The position numbers were made by a program, and so were the translations under genes. The notes beneath the pieces are model-generated. The model was not told the origin of the DNA. It worked only from the letters and a program-made list of their open reading frames with translations, and did not search any database. A stretch of 63,815 bases of DNA, counting the filler, from Neolecta irregularis DAH-3 (taxonomy: Eukaryota): the NCBI GenBank assembly GCA_001929475.1. It is 4 parts of 4 records of this genome, joined end to end, with 100 filler letters (N's around TTAATTAATTAA, not from the genome) between each part and the next. Parts side by side here need not be neighbours in the genome. Positions count along the whole stretch, not along the records: positions 1 to 26,150 come from LXFE01000134.1; 3 more parts are not named here. One strand, given 5' to 3'. Each line of letters begins with the position of its first letter. The first letter of the stretch is position 1. Shown one piece after another: positions 10,747 to 24,577 of this stretch.

Positions 10747-13700
10747 TTAGCTCCCAGAAACTTCTTCTGTCTTCCCGACCTCGGGTGGCCTGAAATTATT
10801 CTTCTTACCAGCTTCATAAATCGTCATTAGCATAGACTCTAAGACACCAGCGTCCTTATATTCAAGATACTTTTTATATAACAACAATGCAGTCTTTGCA
10901 TCCTCGACCGAATCGTGCGATTCCGTTTGTATGTTGGAATGAAGGAGAAACCAGGCGAGAAAGCGCAAGGATAGCTTTCTTTGACGCTGTTGAATGAAGA
11001 ATAGATCAACAGTATCGATGACTTGTTCTTTTGGAATATTGATATCTAACGTCAATAGGCAGTCATTGCACCCGGGAACATACTCATTGTCCGGAAATCA
11101 GATTTCAAGCCATGCCCCACAAAAACACAGCCAAGATTGACCAATAGCCTGAGTTTTCTATAGGCTTCTTTTCTCGAGATGAGCGGGTGAGCAGATATTC
11201 CAGGTGTCAAGTCTCCGGGCCTTATGCCAGAGAAATCAGTCAAGTAGTCGATAATATGTTCTGTGGTAGCAATATAATCGTCAATGAAAGGAGTGCCTTC
11301 ATTCTCTCCAAATCCTCGTATCACAGAAACACGAGCTAATGACATTCGACTTGGCTTAATCATATTTCTTTTACCGCTGCTGTGTAACTCAATCTCCTCC
11401 TTTTCAAGCGAAACGAATTCGGAATCTATTGCTACCACAATTCCTTTGGTAATGGTTTCGAAAGGTTGAAGTGGCGTGCAAATATTATTTGAATCTCTAA
11501 ACATTATCAGCGATAACATAGCAAGGAGCTACCTAAGCTCAGTTAAAATTACTTGGAGGTCGTGAAAGCGTTTCATTGGATTGACTGACATCTCTACATC
11601 AAAATCGATACGCTGGTATGCGAAGACAGCTGGGACCTTCCAGGCTGCAAAAGTGAGAGCTTCTTCCTCTGGAATATTTCGAACAAGGAAGTCGTTGAAC
11701 ATATACCATGGACTAGACGCGCCTAGTGGTAATTCGTCCTCAGGCACTAGGATTTACAGCAAACTATGGTGAGACAATACCTTTTACAATAGAGATGAGA
11801 TGTGAATCCGATTTGTCGGGCTCAATTTCCACAACGATCCCCGTTAACTCATAACCATAGTAGCGATCTTTTCCACCCTTTTTGGCCAGTTCCTTCGGAC
11901 CAACACAATTCATTCTAGCATTCTTAAGGCTCAACCCAATTCTGGTAGGTAGCCAATCTTTGGTTGCATACAAAGAAAGATGATCACTCGATCGTACATT
12001 TGCATTGAATGTGAGGACCGGAGGGAGATTGTAGATTTGTTTGCGGTAATGGACAATTTGATATCGGTGACATGGGGTGCACCAGGCTTTTGCCTGACCG
12101 TCTCGTTGGATACTATTCTTGATAACAGTTGCAAAACCTGGAGGTGAGGGGTCATGGCGAATATTGGGAGGCTATTTCATTAGTAAATGAGATAAACGGT
12201 TGATGGAAACTCTGCTTGGATAATTCAGTTCGAAGACAAAATAATCCATGGTTCTGTCAGTTTCATGACCGCAGTGGCATTTACTAAACGTTGAGACCTG
12301 AGACCCCATAAGATTTCGAGGATTAAGAGGTGATATCTCTAGGCAATAAGCCAAACATTACGTTGAGAATTGTACCATTCTTCGTGACACTATAGATTTG
12401 ATCCAGCATGAAGCGGTTAAAGATCTGAATAACAGCCAACCAATTTCTTGGTCCATTCACTCTTAGTCCGACTTCGTCAATGAGTAGCCCCATAGCAGCA
12501 GCCTGAGGCAGGCTCCGAAAGGTCCGCAAAAAATTTGTAGCTTGACAATTCGCACCACGCGCATCAAGCAAGTTATTCGAAAGAAATCCCAATTCGCAAA
12601 ACAAGCAATTCTCTTCGTGACAGGGGGACATTGCATGATGAATAGCTAATTTTCTTAGCGGAGTGATAAAGTGATAGACTTGTAAAAGAGAATTGCAATA
12701 AGAGTTTGCTATATCCGTTTCTAGACCGGAAAAAGGAGTCTTGTTATAGTAACTAGATCTAAGAAATTAATCGAAGAATGGCAATACCCAAAATCAAAAT
12801 CTTCAACTCCGAACTTGCTATACTTAATCTCAACCCTCTTGTAATATCGCGCCATCCCAACCTTCTCCTCGTCCAAAAGATCCAGAGCTTCTCCATCAGT
12901 ATCGTATTTATTGACTCCGCTCCGAAATCTGGGAATGGGGGCGAATACAACCTCACTTTTCTGGGCTTGGTAACGACGTGTGCGTCTTGGGTTGTGAGCC
13001 CATACATGTTGCTTCGCATTCTCAGGTTTATGAACCGAGGCAAGAATATCGGGATCGACCTTGAGAGATGGTTTGCCGACTTCGAAAATCATATGTGTTG
13101 GCCAGGACGAGAGAAGCTCTTCGCGATAGTATGGCATCCCTATCGAATTGAGCGGTCTGAAATTAGTCTGTCTTGTTCCGTATTAAACACGCAAAACTTA
13201 CTCATCTGAGTTTATCGAAATGGTTTTCTCAATCGGTACAACATCTGGCCATTCTGTAGGCGCAGGAAATTGACTGAAACGAGGCTTGTCATTGTTTCCC
13301 CAGAGTTGAAGTGTTCCAGATTGCTCGCCCAGAGCAATTGCTTCGCCAGTGGGTGAGAGAGACATTGCTTGTAGATATGTTGAGGGAGCCATTGTGTAGT
13401 ACTTCACGTCTTCGGGATTTATCATAGACAGTGCGTGAATCTGACCATTGAAAGTCGTTGCTAATGCCGCTGTTGACACCTTGGGGTGAATTCTGACAAA
13501 TATTGCGCCTGACAAAAAGGGGATCGGAGGTAATTGTTTCATCGTACGAATATCAAAGACTGAGATAAAATGGTCATAAAAAATACTGTGGTTACTGCGA
13601 AGATTATCAACAGTAGTAGAGGAGTCTAAAATACCGGAACTCCCATCCACTTGTTATAAGATAATTCCCCTGGGCGTCCATGTCAGCGATACTGTATGTC

Positions 13701-14381
13701 GACGCCTTGATGGAATGTGTCAACTTGAAACTCTTGGGATCAAGAAAAACGACCCCTCCTTGAGCTGTACCGCAATAGATGCTTCTGCTGGATCGCATTA
13801 CAGTGACGGGAACATCTATTTCAAACTAAAATGTTGAAGAAAGAAACCAAAAGGATATACCTCGTCAACTACTTGTCCGCGCTCAGCGTTGATAAAATAT
13901 AGTTTCTTTTTATAGCCACCAGCAAGGAAATTTGCAGGCGATAGAGGGACCTGGATGATTGCCTGTAACCCTTCGATTTTCTCGCTTAGAATAAGCTCTG
14001 CGTGCTTAGATTCATACTCAATGGTCCACTTCGGAATGCCTCGCCTATGTGTCATCTTGATACTATTAGCTGATATTGAGATAATCCCCCGATCGATTGG
14101 AAGAATTTGTTGGACCAATTCTTGATGCGCTCTGAAGCTGGTATATTTTCGTAACTCGTCTGAATAATACGAAGTAACGACCCCCTATAGGTTTAGATTT
14201 GTATCTTAACTTGATTGGACGATACTATATCATTTCCCGACCATAACAACTCCTCAGAGTTATCGAAAGTTACAGCTGATAGTGGACATGTTTGAAAATT
14301 AGGATTAGGGGTATGCCGATTGATCTACAAATCAATACTGATATTTTCTTCGATCTGCCATATCTCTTTCCAGTTCTCCAT
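10747..14381 (-). CDS. PAN2: PAN2 poly(A) nuclease subunit (WD40 + pseudo-UCH + DEDD exonuclease)
   Basis: IGMPYYREELLSSW, YSKFGVEDFDF, CLFCELGFL, VAIDSEFV, DYLTDFSGI, FVGHGLKSDF, HDSVEDA. Confidence 0.95.
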
Positions 14382-15136
14382 CTCTTATGCAAATGGTGAG
14401 AGTTTACTTTAGATGATTACCTGAATAGCATAACGAGACCAATTGTGGAGGTGATGTTGGAATGAAGTGCCACTTTTACTCCCGCAACTAATTCGCCAGC
14501 CCAACTCTTCCCCAGGTTATTGTTACATTGATCAAGAGTTAGAACTGGATTGATAAGTTTCGATCCACGTTGGCCGAGCTATCAAATCGATAAAGCCATT
14601 ATCATATATTGAACCTCGTGATACTTTATAACAGTTTGCCATGCTGAGCCTAGAATTTCTAGCGATCCGACTCACTCAAGAAGGAGCATGGTTAATGGAT
14701 TATCTTTCTCACATTATCAAGGTTTGGCACAATCGGTCAACATATGAGATAATCTTGGATGTGATTCTCAAGAATATTCCTATTATCTGAAGTCGTTTTT
14801 TCACATTCAATTCTACGACTGTAACTGTGAAATCTACAGAAAACAACAGCACCTTACCCGCCCTAAAACCAACAAAATATCGAGTGATAGATGCTACTCC
14901 GATAGGCCGGTAAAGTTTAGCGCACCGAGAATAATACCTAAGGCTGTAGAATCTTTCGGTTCTCTATGTATTGTATCAACTAGAATGGTCTTTCGCTCCA
15001 GCTCCCCACAGGTGGTAGATATCAATATTGGCAACAAGTGTTGCCGATAATCCGGATTTGATTGGTGATGCTCCTGTAGCTGGATCTGTGATCTCCATCT
15101 ACACATATACTCTGGATCTACATTAATTCTATTCTT

Positions 15137-16740
15137 CTAAACTACAGTCTCAAGTGGGCTTCGTCTCAGGAATTCCAGAAAGCTCCTTGTGGGTCGTCCG
15201 CTCATTCCTTTCCAATCCCAACTTCTAGCTTCACCCATCATGACTCCCGCAATATCAACATGAGCCCATCGCACATCCCCGACAAATGGCTTTAGGAATT
15301 CAGCGGCAGTGCAGGCTCCTCCACCTCTCTTCGACCCAACGTTGCATAAATCCGCGTTGCTTTTTTCGATTTGAGTTTTATAATGCTTTGAAAGTGGCAT
15401 TCTCCAAAATTCGTCTTCACAGAATTCCCCTGCTACAGAGAGAGCTGTGAATAAGGGAGTAGAAGTTGAAAAGACGGCCGAGTAGATGTTCCCTAGTGCT
15501 ACCTCGATTGCACCAGTTAGCGTTGCTGCATCGATAATTGCATCTGGCTTATAACATGATAGATAATGTAACGCGTCTGCAAGTATAATACGGCCTTCCG
15601 CGTCGGTATTGTCAATTTCGACGGTCAAGTCATTCCTCATGGTGATGATATCGCCTACTCGTAAGCGTAGATTTGTAATAATGATACCTGGTCTTGAGGC
15701 ATTTCCCCCTGGCATATTTTCTGCCAGTGGGATACAGGTATGAATATTAATAGGCAGTCCCAGTTTTGCTGCATAGAGAGTTGTTGAGAAGATTGTTGCA
15801 GCACCGCCCATATCGCCTCGCATATCCTTCATTCCGTTTGCTAAGTTATCAACTCGAATTTGACTGACAACTAATACATGGCTTGATACTGATACCACCA
15901 GAGTCGAATGTAACACCCTGCACAGATCAGTTCATCATAAAAAAAACCAACTACCTTTCCGACTAGTCCAATAGTTCCCTTCCCTCCTCCGGTATATCGG
16001 ATTTCAAGGAATTTTGGTTCCTCAGTGCTGCCCTTAGCGACTGATAATAGTCCTGTCATTTTCTCTGATTCAATCCACTCTTTTCCGTGACTCACCACTT
16101 GAAGGTTTTTCACCATTTCTGATTCTTTCATGGCACGCTCACAAAATTTAGTAGGGGTGAGATGATTTCCTGGAGTTTCCATCAACTCTCTCGCGAGGTT
16201 CTGAGCGGATGCAAAAGACTTTCCGCACTCGAAAGCTTCAGAGGGTGATAATGCCAGAATCTTAGGTGGTGGTGTTCGTTTTGATTTGAATTGATCATAG
16301 CTGAATAAAGCAAGATGAGAGCCTTCTGCAGCAGCTAATTTTCTCAGTGGAATAACAACCAAAGTACTCGGAGTACCATGAGCATTTCCTCCATCACAAA
16401 TCACTATCTCAGCTGCGCCATTATCCTTCAACGCCTTCACAGCAGTTGCTGCCTATAAAGTCAATTCCATGCCAGTTAATTATGATACAGCACTTCGAAC
16501 TCCATCTTTCAAGGAAGCTACTCCAACCCGTTTAAATCCTCCAACATTCCAGAGGACCCTTGACTGACCATCCTTTGCACCCGAAGATTTCCATAAATCA
16601 AGAATTTCGGAAGAGTTGGATATTGAAGAGGATAGCGTAGAGGATTGTGGATCAAAGTATATCAATGCTGAGTCAGGATTTGTGGAGGAGGTGAATCGTC
16701 TAGCAAAGCAAGGAAGTCGAGGGCATCTCAAGGCCAACAT
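15137..16740 (-). CDS. M17 leucine aminopeptidase, with predicted mitochondrial presequence
   Basis: LVGKGVTFDSGGISIKP (spliced), MRGDMGGAA, NTDAEGRIILADAL, ATLTGA, HVDIAG. Confidence 0.95.
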
Positions 16741-16771
16741 TGCTGGTAGAAAATGTCTTTAGGTTTATTTG

Positions 16772-16821
16772 ATATCGAGACTCACGTGACACGACTTTTG
16801 TCATCACGCGAGTCTCAATAT
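16772..16821 (-). promoter_or_regulatory. 19-bp-stem hairpin containing a TCACGTGA E-box, ~30 nt upstream of the aminopeptidase ATG
   Basis: Minus strand ATATTGAGACTCGCGTGAT-N12-GTCACGTGAGTCTCGATAT pairs fully, including 3 G-U pairs. Confidence 0.5.
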
Positions 16822-16926
16822 TCTCCAAAACATTTTTTAGGAAGGCAAAAGTTTTTGACTAGAATTGCATGTATGGGTGTATATTGTGGTTCAGCCATCT
16901 ACAATAGAGCATATTGCACAGATACT

Positions 16927-17790
16927 TTAGTTCAAGAGCTTCCGTATCCGTTTGAGTCGATCATCAGTAGATAGGTCAAAAAGAGCATCTGATTCTCGAT
17001 TTTTTTTTCCTGTAAGAATATGCAAGAGAATTTCCCAGCCTTTTCGGTCGTCGCCGTAGACCCAAGGGCAATAAGCTTTGTGCTCTTTCGTAACATTGAG
17101 TGTCTCCTTGCAGTCTCTATATCTCCATAGTCCGAGTCTTCGTTGACAGATCCCGCAGTATAACACATCGCCTTCTTTATTCCATCCGAAAAGCGCTAGG
17201 GTCGAAGCAATTTCAACTGGATGTGACACTGACAGACTAGGTAGTTCAGGGTGAACTGTGTCAATTGACGATTCATCTATGAGTTGATTGTAACGTTGCT
17301 CAAAATCTTGCTTAACTTGCTCCGAATCTGAGAATCGTATAGCCAGTATCTTATCTGAGTGATCAATTGATTTATTGAACAGCAGATCATGCCACCAGAA
17401 CCTCGTTTACGCCAAGGACAGGATTCTGAATGTTCGGACACAGCTTTATCAGCCCACATATTAGGACCTAATCATCAATGTAACCCTTTAAAAGCCAAAG
17501 CTACCTAATTTTTCCTCATATAGGATAGTCACCGTGTTTGAGCATGTAACGCATTGTAAATGATCTTTCCCGATACAAGCCCATCCTCTTTTAGCCCAGA
17601 AAACTTCATTGATCACAGGGGATTTGAAGGTCCATTGATCAGGTTTGTAACTTCCTAGACGACTCAGGAAATGTTTTTGAGACCATGGAACGTATGTTCC
17701 CTCTTCAGATTTCCGTTTTCTTGATGGTGGAAGAGGAGAGTCGAGTTGAGATAGAGCGGCTGAAACTCTTCGTTTGAGAGACGTAGACAT
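16927..17790 (-). CDS. rsm1: C3HC zinc-finger protein, Rsm1/NIPA/Pml39 family
   Basis: YVPWSQKHFLSRLGSY, AKRGWAC...CVTC, HSESCPWR; second module LALFGW...CGICQRRLGLW...EHKAYCPW. Confidence 0.88.
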
Positions 17791-18022
17791 GTGGTGGGTA
17801 GAGAGCCGTCAAAAATATGTCAACCCGTGTTGTCTATTCTTTGAGTACAAGATTTACATGAGACTTATTTATATCTTCTCTCGGATTTCTTTTACTTTCA
17901 TCTGAATGTCTTTCTGGTGTTTTCGTTCTACTTATAAAACTAAACTGTTGGATGTAGCGCCGAGACATTTTGGCACTTCAATCAAGCTGCTTTAGTTGCC
18001 AAGTCAAGCTGTTCCAACCTCC

Positions 18023-19026
18023 ATGACCCGCCGTATAGAATCTCGGTCACCGTCTGTCGAAGATGATATAGAAAACATGGACCTTCCATCTGAGCGTAAT
18101 TCCCTATCTGGAATATGGGTGGATAAACATACAAAATTGGGGCGAGAATTCAATGATATCCAGGCCCAATTCTCTATCGTAATGACCGTAATTGACGATA
18201 TTGCGGCTCGTACTGCTCAATATGGATCCGACCAAGTACAGCTTTATACTGCGCCGGTCATCTAACCTATTTTGAAACTGAAAGAACTTGATGAAGCGGT
18301 CCGAAATTTCATTGATGAGAGCGTGAAGGTGAATTTTTATGCGTCTGCCCTCGAAAGAATTGCGCTTTCAGATAAAGTCTGTAACTTCTCTTAAAAAAAC
18401 TATGTCTTATTTGTCCCAGGTTGAGAATCGCGCTGAATTTCATAGATTTGTCGATGCAAAGCAAAGAGAATATGACGCTGAAACAGAGTGGAATAAATAT
18501 GGGAACCATGGCCATTACGTCGATTTCAAAAACACAATTTGGACTGCCAGGTATCCTGAAAAACCTCTGCCAAGAATGCATAGATATTTCGCAGATGCAA
18601 ATGTATTGGGTACATCCCTCTGACTTGAACTCTACTGATGCATCCAAGACGAAGATTCTGACGAAGATATACAAATCCAGTCGATTACGCAAAATCTCAA
18701 ATGCCCATTGACTCTACAATACTACGAAGAACCTATGAAAGCTAGGTGTGGTCATATCTTTGATAAATCCGCTTTATACGACATGTTCAGCCAAAGGTCA
18801 GTGAATGCCCAATCTCTACCCTGCCCGCAATCTGGTAGGCGTTCGTTAATCATCACTCCATTGAATTTTAGGATGTAACAATCTAGTTACAAAAGAGGAA
18901 TTGAAACTAGATAGGCCTACGTTGAGACTCGTTGAATCTGCTAAGGAGAAAGAAAGAGAGATAAATGTGGAAGCAATGAGTGATGAAAGAGATGTTGAGA
19001 ACGATGGGGAGTTTGTTACTGTTTAA
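18023..19026 (+). CDS. NSE2: SP-RING SUMO ligase Nse2/Mms21 (Smc5/6 subunit)
   Basis: Helical N-terminus with YVDFKNTIW, then ISLKCPLTLQYYEEPMKARCGHIFDKSAL...CPQSGCN. Confidence 0.88.
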
Positions 19027-19639
19027 TACAGATTGAAGGAGGGATGGTTTCTCTAAGCACTGTTGCTGAGGAGAAAAGGCCAATCTATGTGGCAGTTAGT
19101 TGTCACTGTAAGGATGACGACTAGTTTCCACATGGGTACTATGTATACACCAACTACTTAATATCTGGATATTACCCTCTTCCTAAGGGGACATGGCTGC
19201 CTATCTCGTTACCACTATCCAGGCTTACTCCAGGAGAGCATCCCCATCACAAGCACCTTCTAAAATGAACATTCTGTTTTCATTACATATGAATTTTCTC
19301 AAGTAGATGGAAAAAGCTTCGGGACCCTTGATTCACCCAGGATCAGTGTCTGAGGAAGAGGAGATTACTACAAAGCAGATGAAATCAACAGTACGTTTTA
19401 TAGGAACCAATATCACAGCATTACATATTGATATATGCATATTCGACAAAGCTGACACGTCCTTAAATGAACAGGTAAAGCTTCTAGACTGTAACCTAGC
19501 CTCCTCATTGGATGAGCCAATTGTAAAAGCTCTGCTTTATTAGAAGCTAAGATGTAGAATCTTTTGAATCGAATCTACTGTGACCGATGCAAACCTTCAT
19601 GGAGGGTTGCTAAAGGAAATGTTCTTGGTTTGCCTAATT

Positions 19640-20300
19640 ATCTCATTTGGTGAGTATGATCCATAATTTCGGCTTTCAATAAGCCTGCTTCAAAATGACA
19701 GAGCCTTTGATTTCTTAATACTTCCAGAGAACGATGTCTTGTACCTATTACAATACCATATGGCGGAAACCCCCGTTTCTTCTTGACAGAGGAATTCACC
19801 ATGCTGCAACTATTAGATTCATCACTGGACAAGACTATATTGATGGTTTGCTGGGAGTCACCTCGTGAAGTAGAGTTACCTTCCCCCAGTTGATTCAGTT
19901 GACGGAATTGTCAAGTTCAAGGATGGAACTAGTGGCACTTTGAACCTTAGAGGGGTAACTAAGGAAGGAAGAATAACGAAATGACTGTTGTTGCAGAGAA
20001 GGGTAATTATAATTTAGCACCATGCTGATCGACTAGGGTATGTGATTGTGACAACCGATTCCGTCGTCTCTTGTTTAGACGGAAGGAAGAACATAGAACC
20101 ATTCAGTGGACAAGAAACTGGTGTTAGACAAGAGCTTGAGGCATTTGTATGCTCCATTGTTACTGGGGAACGAGACACAGGCCTTGTTGGATCTAAAGAT
20201 GGTGTGACGGCCTCTGTCGGATCATGTAGCTCTGATCACGTAGATTGAGGGGCTTTTGAACAGCGGCGAGAAGAATGGACAATACCAAAAGCTCCTGTAA
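19640..20300 (+). pseudogene. Decayed Gfo/Idh/MocA-family oxidoreductase (C-terminal half)
   Basis: YYNTIWRKPP-FLLDRGIHHAATIRFITG (family pattern T.WR..P...GGFLLDGGVH), then PVDSVDGIVKFKDGTSGTL, VVAEKG, GVRQELEAF, IEGLLNSGE in shifting frames with stops. No N-terminal Rossmann exon was recognisable. Confidence 0.7.
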
Positions 20301-21096
20301 TTACACTAGAGTCTGAAAGGCATATTTATCCAGGATTGGTAGACTTTCAAATACATGATCAGCAGGAACTCTGTGCCTATGTACAAGTTCATACAAAATT
20401 TCGACCTCAGCCCTCGATACATTAAAAGTTTAAAAAGGATTATCGAACTGTAGAATTTAGAAATTTCCCCGCACCCTCCTTCAAGCTAGATCTCGACCTT
20501 TCTCTCACATGCGCACTTGCTTATGGTTAATTGTATACTCAAGGCATGGAGACATATAGTATTGAATTTTAAAGAGAGATACGGGCAAATATGAGAAAGC
20601 GGAGGTTTCTGTATATGTCCAAACTGCCCTCATTACACTCGATTAACTGCCCATAGTAGATTTTATTTCTTAAACAGAGACCGCAAAGTTGGGAAAATTG
20701 CTCCCGTTCTTGTAATAGAGATATCTTAATAAACAATGGATCGTCTGCAAATATTGCATGAATCGAAGATACTTCCTCGCCCTTCCTCCTTGAATCAACG
20801 AAGACGCGCATGGCGGCAATCCGTCTGGCGTTTTAAGTACAACACCTGTATGAATCCATATCTCCGGATCCCAATGTCCGAATCATGAAACGGTTGACTT
20901 ATATTCTACCTGATTCGCTCGACTCAGTCCGACCTATGCCCAAATAATAATATATGAAACAGCCACCAGTTAAAATATTAAATAGCTGTAGACTGGACGA
21001 ACCCGCAAGTGAACACATTTTTCAGATGGAAAGTTTAAGCACTATATTAAACCCCTCGATCGAAAGTCATCATTGCAAATGGAATACTGGGTGTGA

Positions 21097-24000
21097 TTAC
21101 ACAGCCATATCACCGTATTCCTCCAATACACTTCGCGGGGTTGAATAAACTCCAATAGGCTTGTAGGTAATGTGATCAAATCTTATTTATAGTAAGAAAT
21201 AGCGTTAGACCATGAAAGAATACCCAAAGGCTTTTGGTCCAACAAACTCCATCCCTTTCTTCGAGTTAGTCCATTGGGTTGGGGCTTGCATCCCTATCAC
21301 GAGAACGTTGAGACCGTATTTATAATCAGAGGACGCGAGATTCTCCCCGTTTTGAGCGTCAAGTATACTTATGAGATCAGGGACTGAACAAAGTACCTGC
21401 CTGGGTTAGCCATGGGTCTAAATTAAGAGTATCCCTTCGTTTGGCCCTCTGAAGCTATATGTTCCACATATGTGTTTTCTGATCTGAAGGGAATGAACAC
21501 TTTCCCAGAGAACGTCTCGTCGTTCTTCCTCGCCTCAATCGATATTTCGCCGTAGACAAGGCCGTTCCAGAGCTTTCTGGATACTTGCACAATTTTTCCT
21601 CTGAAAAGAAATTTCGCCGATGATTCTCCTCCACATTCTTCGATAATTGATCTGGCGACTGAGTCGATTTGATTGTTTATTCGATGTAATGCAGATGCCC
21701 GACCTATCCTCCAACACAGGGACAAAGTATGTTTAATGACAGACTTTTTGACCTTCTTGCCTGACAATGGATTGAAAGCACATCCAACAAACAATCTAAA
21801 ATCAGAAAACGAAAATATGATAGAGCACCCCATCTCTTCTATTGCTGCCCGGAAAATACTCTCTACGATAACGTCAGAAGCAGCGCTCATTATGGACTAT
21901 GGGTTAGTCAATCATTTCTTTTTGAATGAAGATACGACTCTGTTTCCATTGCCATCACTGATCACAGCAGGAACAAACTGTGATTCTTCAACCTCGATAC
22001 AAGTCGTCATCTGGTGTAGCTTGGGATATGCTCGACCCATGAAATCTCCATCAACAACAGGGATATCGAGATTCTCGGAGGAACCAAGAAGCAGAGCATA
22101 AAGACAATTATAGCCGCCAATTTCTCCATTTATTATTGCCTCTGCTGTCTTTCCAATGCAACGATATAATGTGTAATGTGAATCGAGTATTTCCTCGCCC
22201 TGCATATTAGCCCTGCTCTTCCATATTTCGGATATATCTGGGTTACGTACTGCCAAACGCTCTATTGCTACTACAGGAGAGCCCATGTATACCCCACGTG
22301 CAACGAGTGTATCGTCTTGCAGACATTGCGGCATGATGACCCGAATTTTAGCCCCACGGTTAAGCTGCTCTCTCAAGTGAACATAACAATCATGGCACGT
22401 TCCACCTCCTCCAGTACCAAGAATATAGCAACCACATCGAATCCATTCGAGATCTATGGTAGATAAAAACCACTCATTGTAGAGGATAGTAGGCTTGTAG
22501 TTACGGATGTCAGCTTCGGGCTCACTGGAAATTTCAGCCGCCATTCTAGATGCTGACATCTTGTCTTCCCAAGAGAGATGAATTCCCATGGTCGTTTCAT
22601 CTTCGTGCTGAATCATTTCGGTTGCTCTGTTGAAATCAAATTGTCCGATAGCTTTGTACAAAAATCTAACTTTATTCGCGATATAAGGGAGAGGGAATGT
22701 CTCAGATGAGACAACTTCTACTGTCCCCCGAATGGCTCCATTTTTTATGGCTTTTTCAACGACTTCATGTCGCAATTGGGATGAAGCATCTAACAACGGT
22801 ACATTTTCAGTGTTGACTATTATGTCGATAACTGCAGAGACCTCAGCCAATGCAGCGCCAATAGCATTGGCAACTTCATAAAATGGAGGTCTGACAATGC
22901 GAGAAACACCTTTAATTGAGTCGGGGACGATTATACTTCCTCCACCCACAAGTAGCACAGGAATATCATCTGGTGTTGTCTTGATTCTGTCGATTATCTC
23001 TTCCAACAATGTATCGACTTTATTCTGATATAATGAAATAAAGGAGTCATCGAATTTGTTTTGAACGAAGGCAGCGTTCCCTACTGACCCGAGTTTTCGA
23101 GAAGCGACTGTTAAATCCGTGGCTGTCATCGTATTTCCGCCAAAAATCAAGGCTTCCTGCTCAAGTTTTCTTCCAACCGAATCTGGACCAATCGTCACTT
23201 CTCCAGTATCAGTTTGTCGGACGAGCGAACCACCTCCAAGGCCGATACTTAGCACATCCGGCATTGAGAAGTTCATTCGGACACCTCCAACAGTAGTATG
23301 TGTTGCCGTTTGACGAGGAAATCCACAGGGAGGCAGGTAACCTGCCTCTGTGGTAGTTCCACCAACATCAACCACTATATAAGGCTCTCGCCTTCCTTCA
23401 ACTGCGGAAAGAAGAGCTGCACCACGCATCGAATTTGTAGGACCACTGTTAAAAGTTCTTATAGGAAGTTTAGCTGCCGCACACGAGGTAATCAACGTTC
23501 CGTCGTTCTGGGTAAGGAATAAGGGACACTCGAGATCCAATGCCTTGATTGCGCGCTGGAAAGAGGAAATTGTTTGTCTTGCAAATGAAAGAATGGAGGC
23601 GTTGAGAATCGATGCATTTTCTCGCTCAAGAAATCCGAGACTCGCAACTTACCATCAGATCACTTGCAGATATCAGAAGCGATACTTTCATGGGATTTGA
23701 CAACATTTGCCCTAGGAAATTCTCTCTGTACCACGGAGGCGACAGCATCTTCTTGAGAAGGATATATCGGCGAAAAGACACCTATGATGACGATGTTGTT
23801 AATACCTCTGATTTTCATTTCGTGAACATGTTCCAGAATCTCATCTTCATTGATATTTTGAATAACCTTACCATCGTCTGAAATTAATATTCAAATTTGG
23901 TAGGGCGGATACCATAGAAACCTCCATCGACGAATGCGTAGTACCCGCAGATCAATTTGGTTAACGACTTTGGAAAATCGATACATGGCTGAGCTAAGCG

Positions 24001-24364
24001 AGCATATGGGCCACATAATCTTAGTATGCCGACGGGAGCAAGTCTGTTTGCATCATGTTGAACGACCGCATTGATAAAATGCTAGTTACAATGAGCCCTG
24101 TAAGTCGGAACGAAATCTTGCAGTTGTCCCGATCACAACAGCTGCGATTGAATTAGGATCGAGGCCCAAGCATCGCTCAAGAAGAGCTTTAATAGCCGAC
24201 TGAATCCCCGAAGATATATCCTTTGTGGTAGCAGTTTTATACCACGCGAGAATTCCCCCGTTGGGTTCGTTTACACGCGAGGGATCAATCAACACAGAGT
24301 CGGTATTTGTACCACCGACATCGACGCCAATTCGCAAGGCCAACGAAGATTTTCTGATCGCCAT
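21097..24364 (-). CDS. Hydantoinase/oxoprolinase-DUF917 fusion protein, copy 2 (multi-exon)
   Basis: Same motif series as copy 1 (RIGVDVGGTNTD, SGPTNSMRGAA, VDVGGTTT, GCYILGTGGGG, DGDFMGRAYP) and similar intron positions. Ends PRSVLEEYGDMAV*. Confidence 0.9.
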
Positions 24365-24577
24365 TTCGCGATAGGTATCGGAAGCAAGGATACGTGGATG
24401 CGTGGCCAGAAGAAAAATGACGAAGTTGATCTGTGAAAAGATGATAAAGCAGAAATTGGTGCGAGGATAGCCTTGTGGAAGGAAATGCCCAGAATACATG
24501 GATGGAGCGGGCTAGAACAACGTGGGCTGAGGATCGGGCTCTTGCACCCTAAAATACTAGAGGTAATTCAGGGGTCT

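Noticed and set aside
14500-15130. Possible small gene between PAN2 and the aminopeptidase
   Set aside because: Only short frames, no recognisable motif and no consistent splice model.
19307-19543. 78-aa ORF downstream of NSE2
   Set aside because: No homology recognised; it may be decayed sequence.
20569-20811. 80-aa minus-strand ORF
   Set aside because: No motif or supporting exons.
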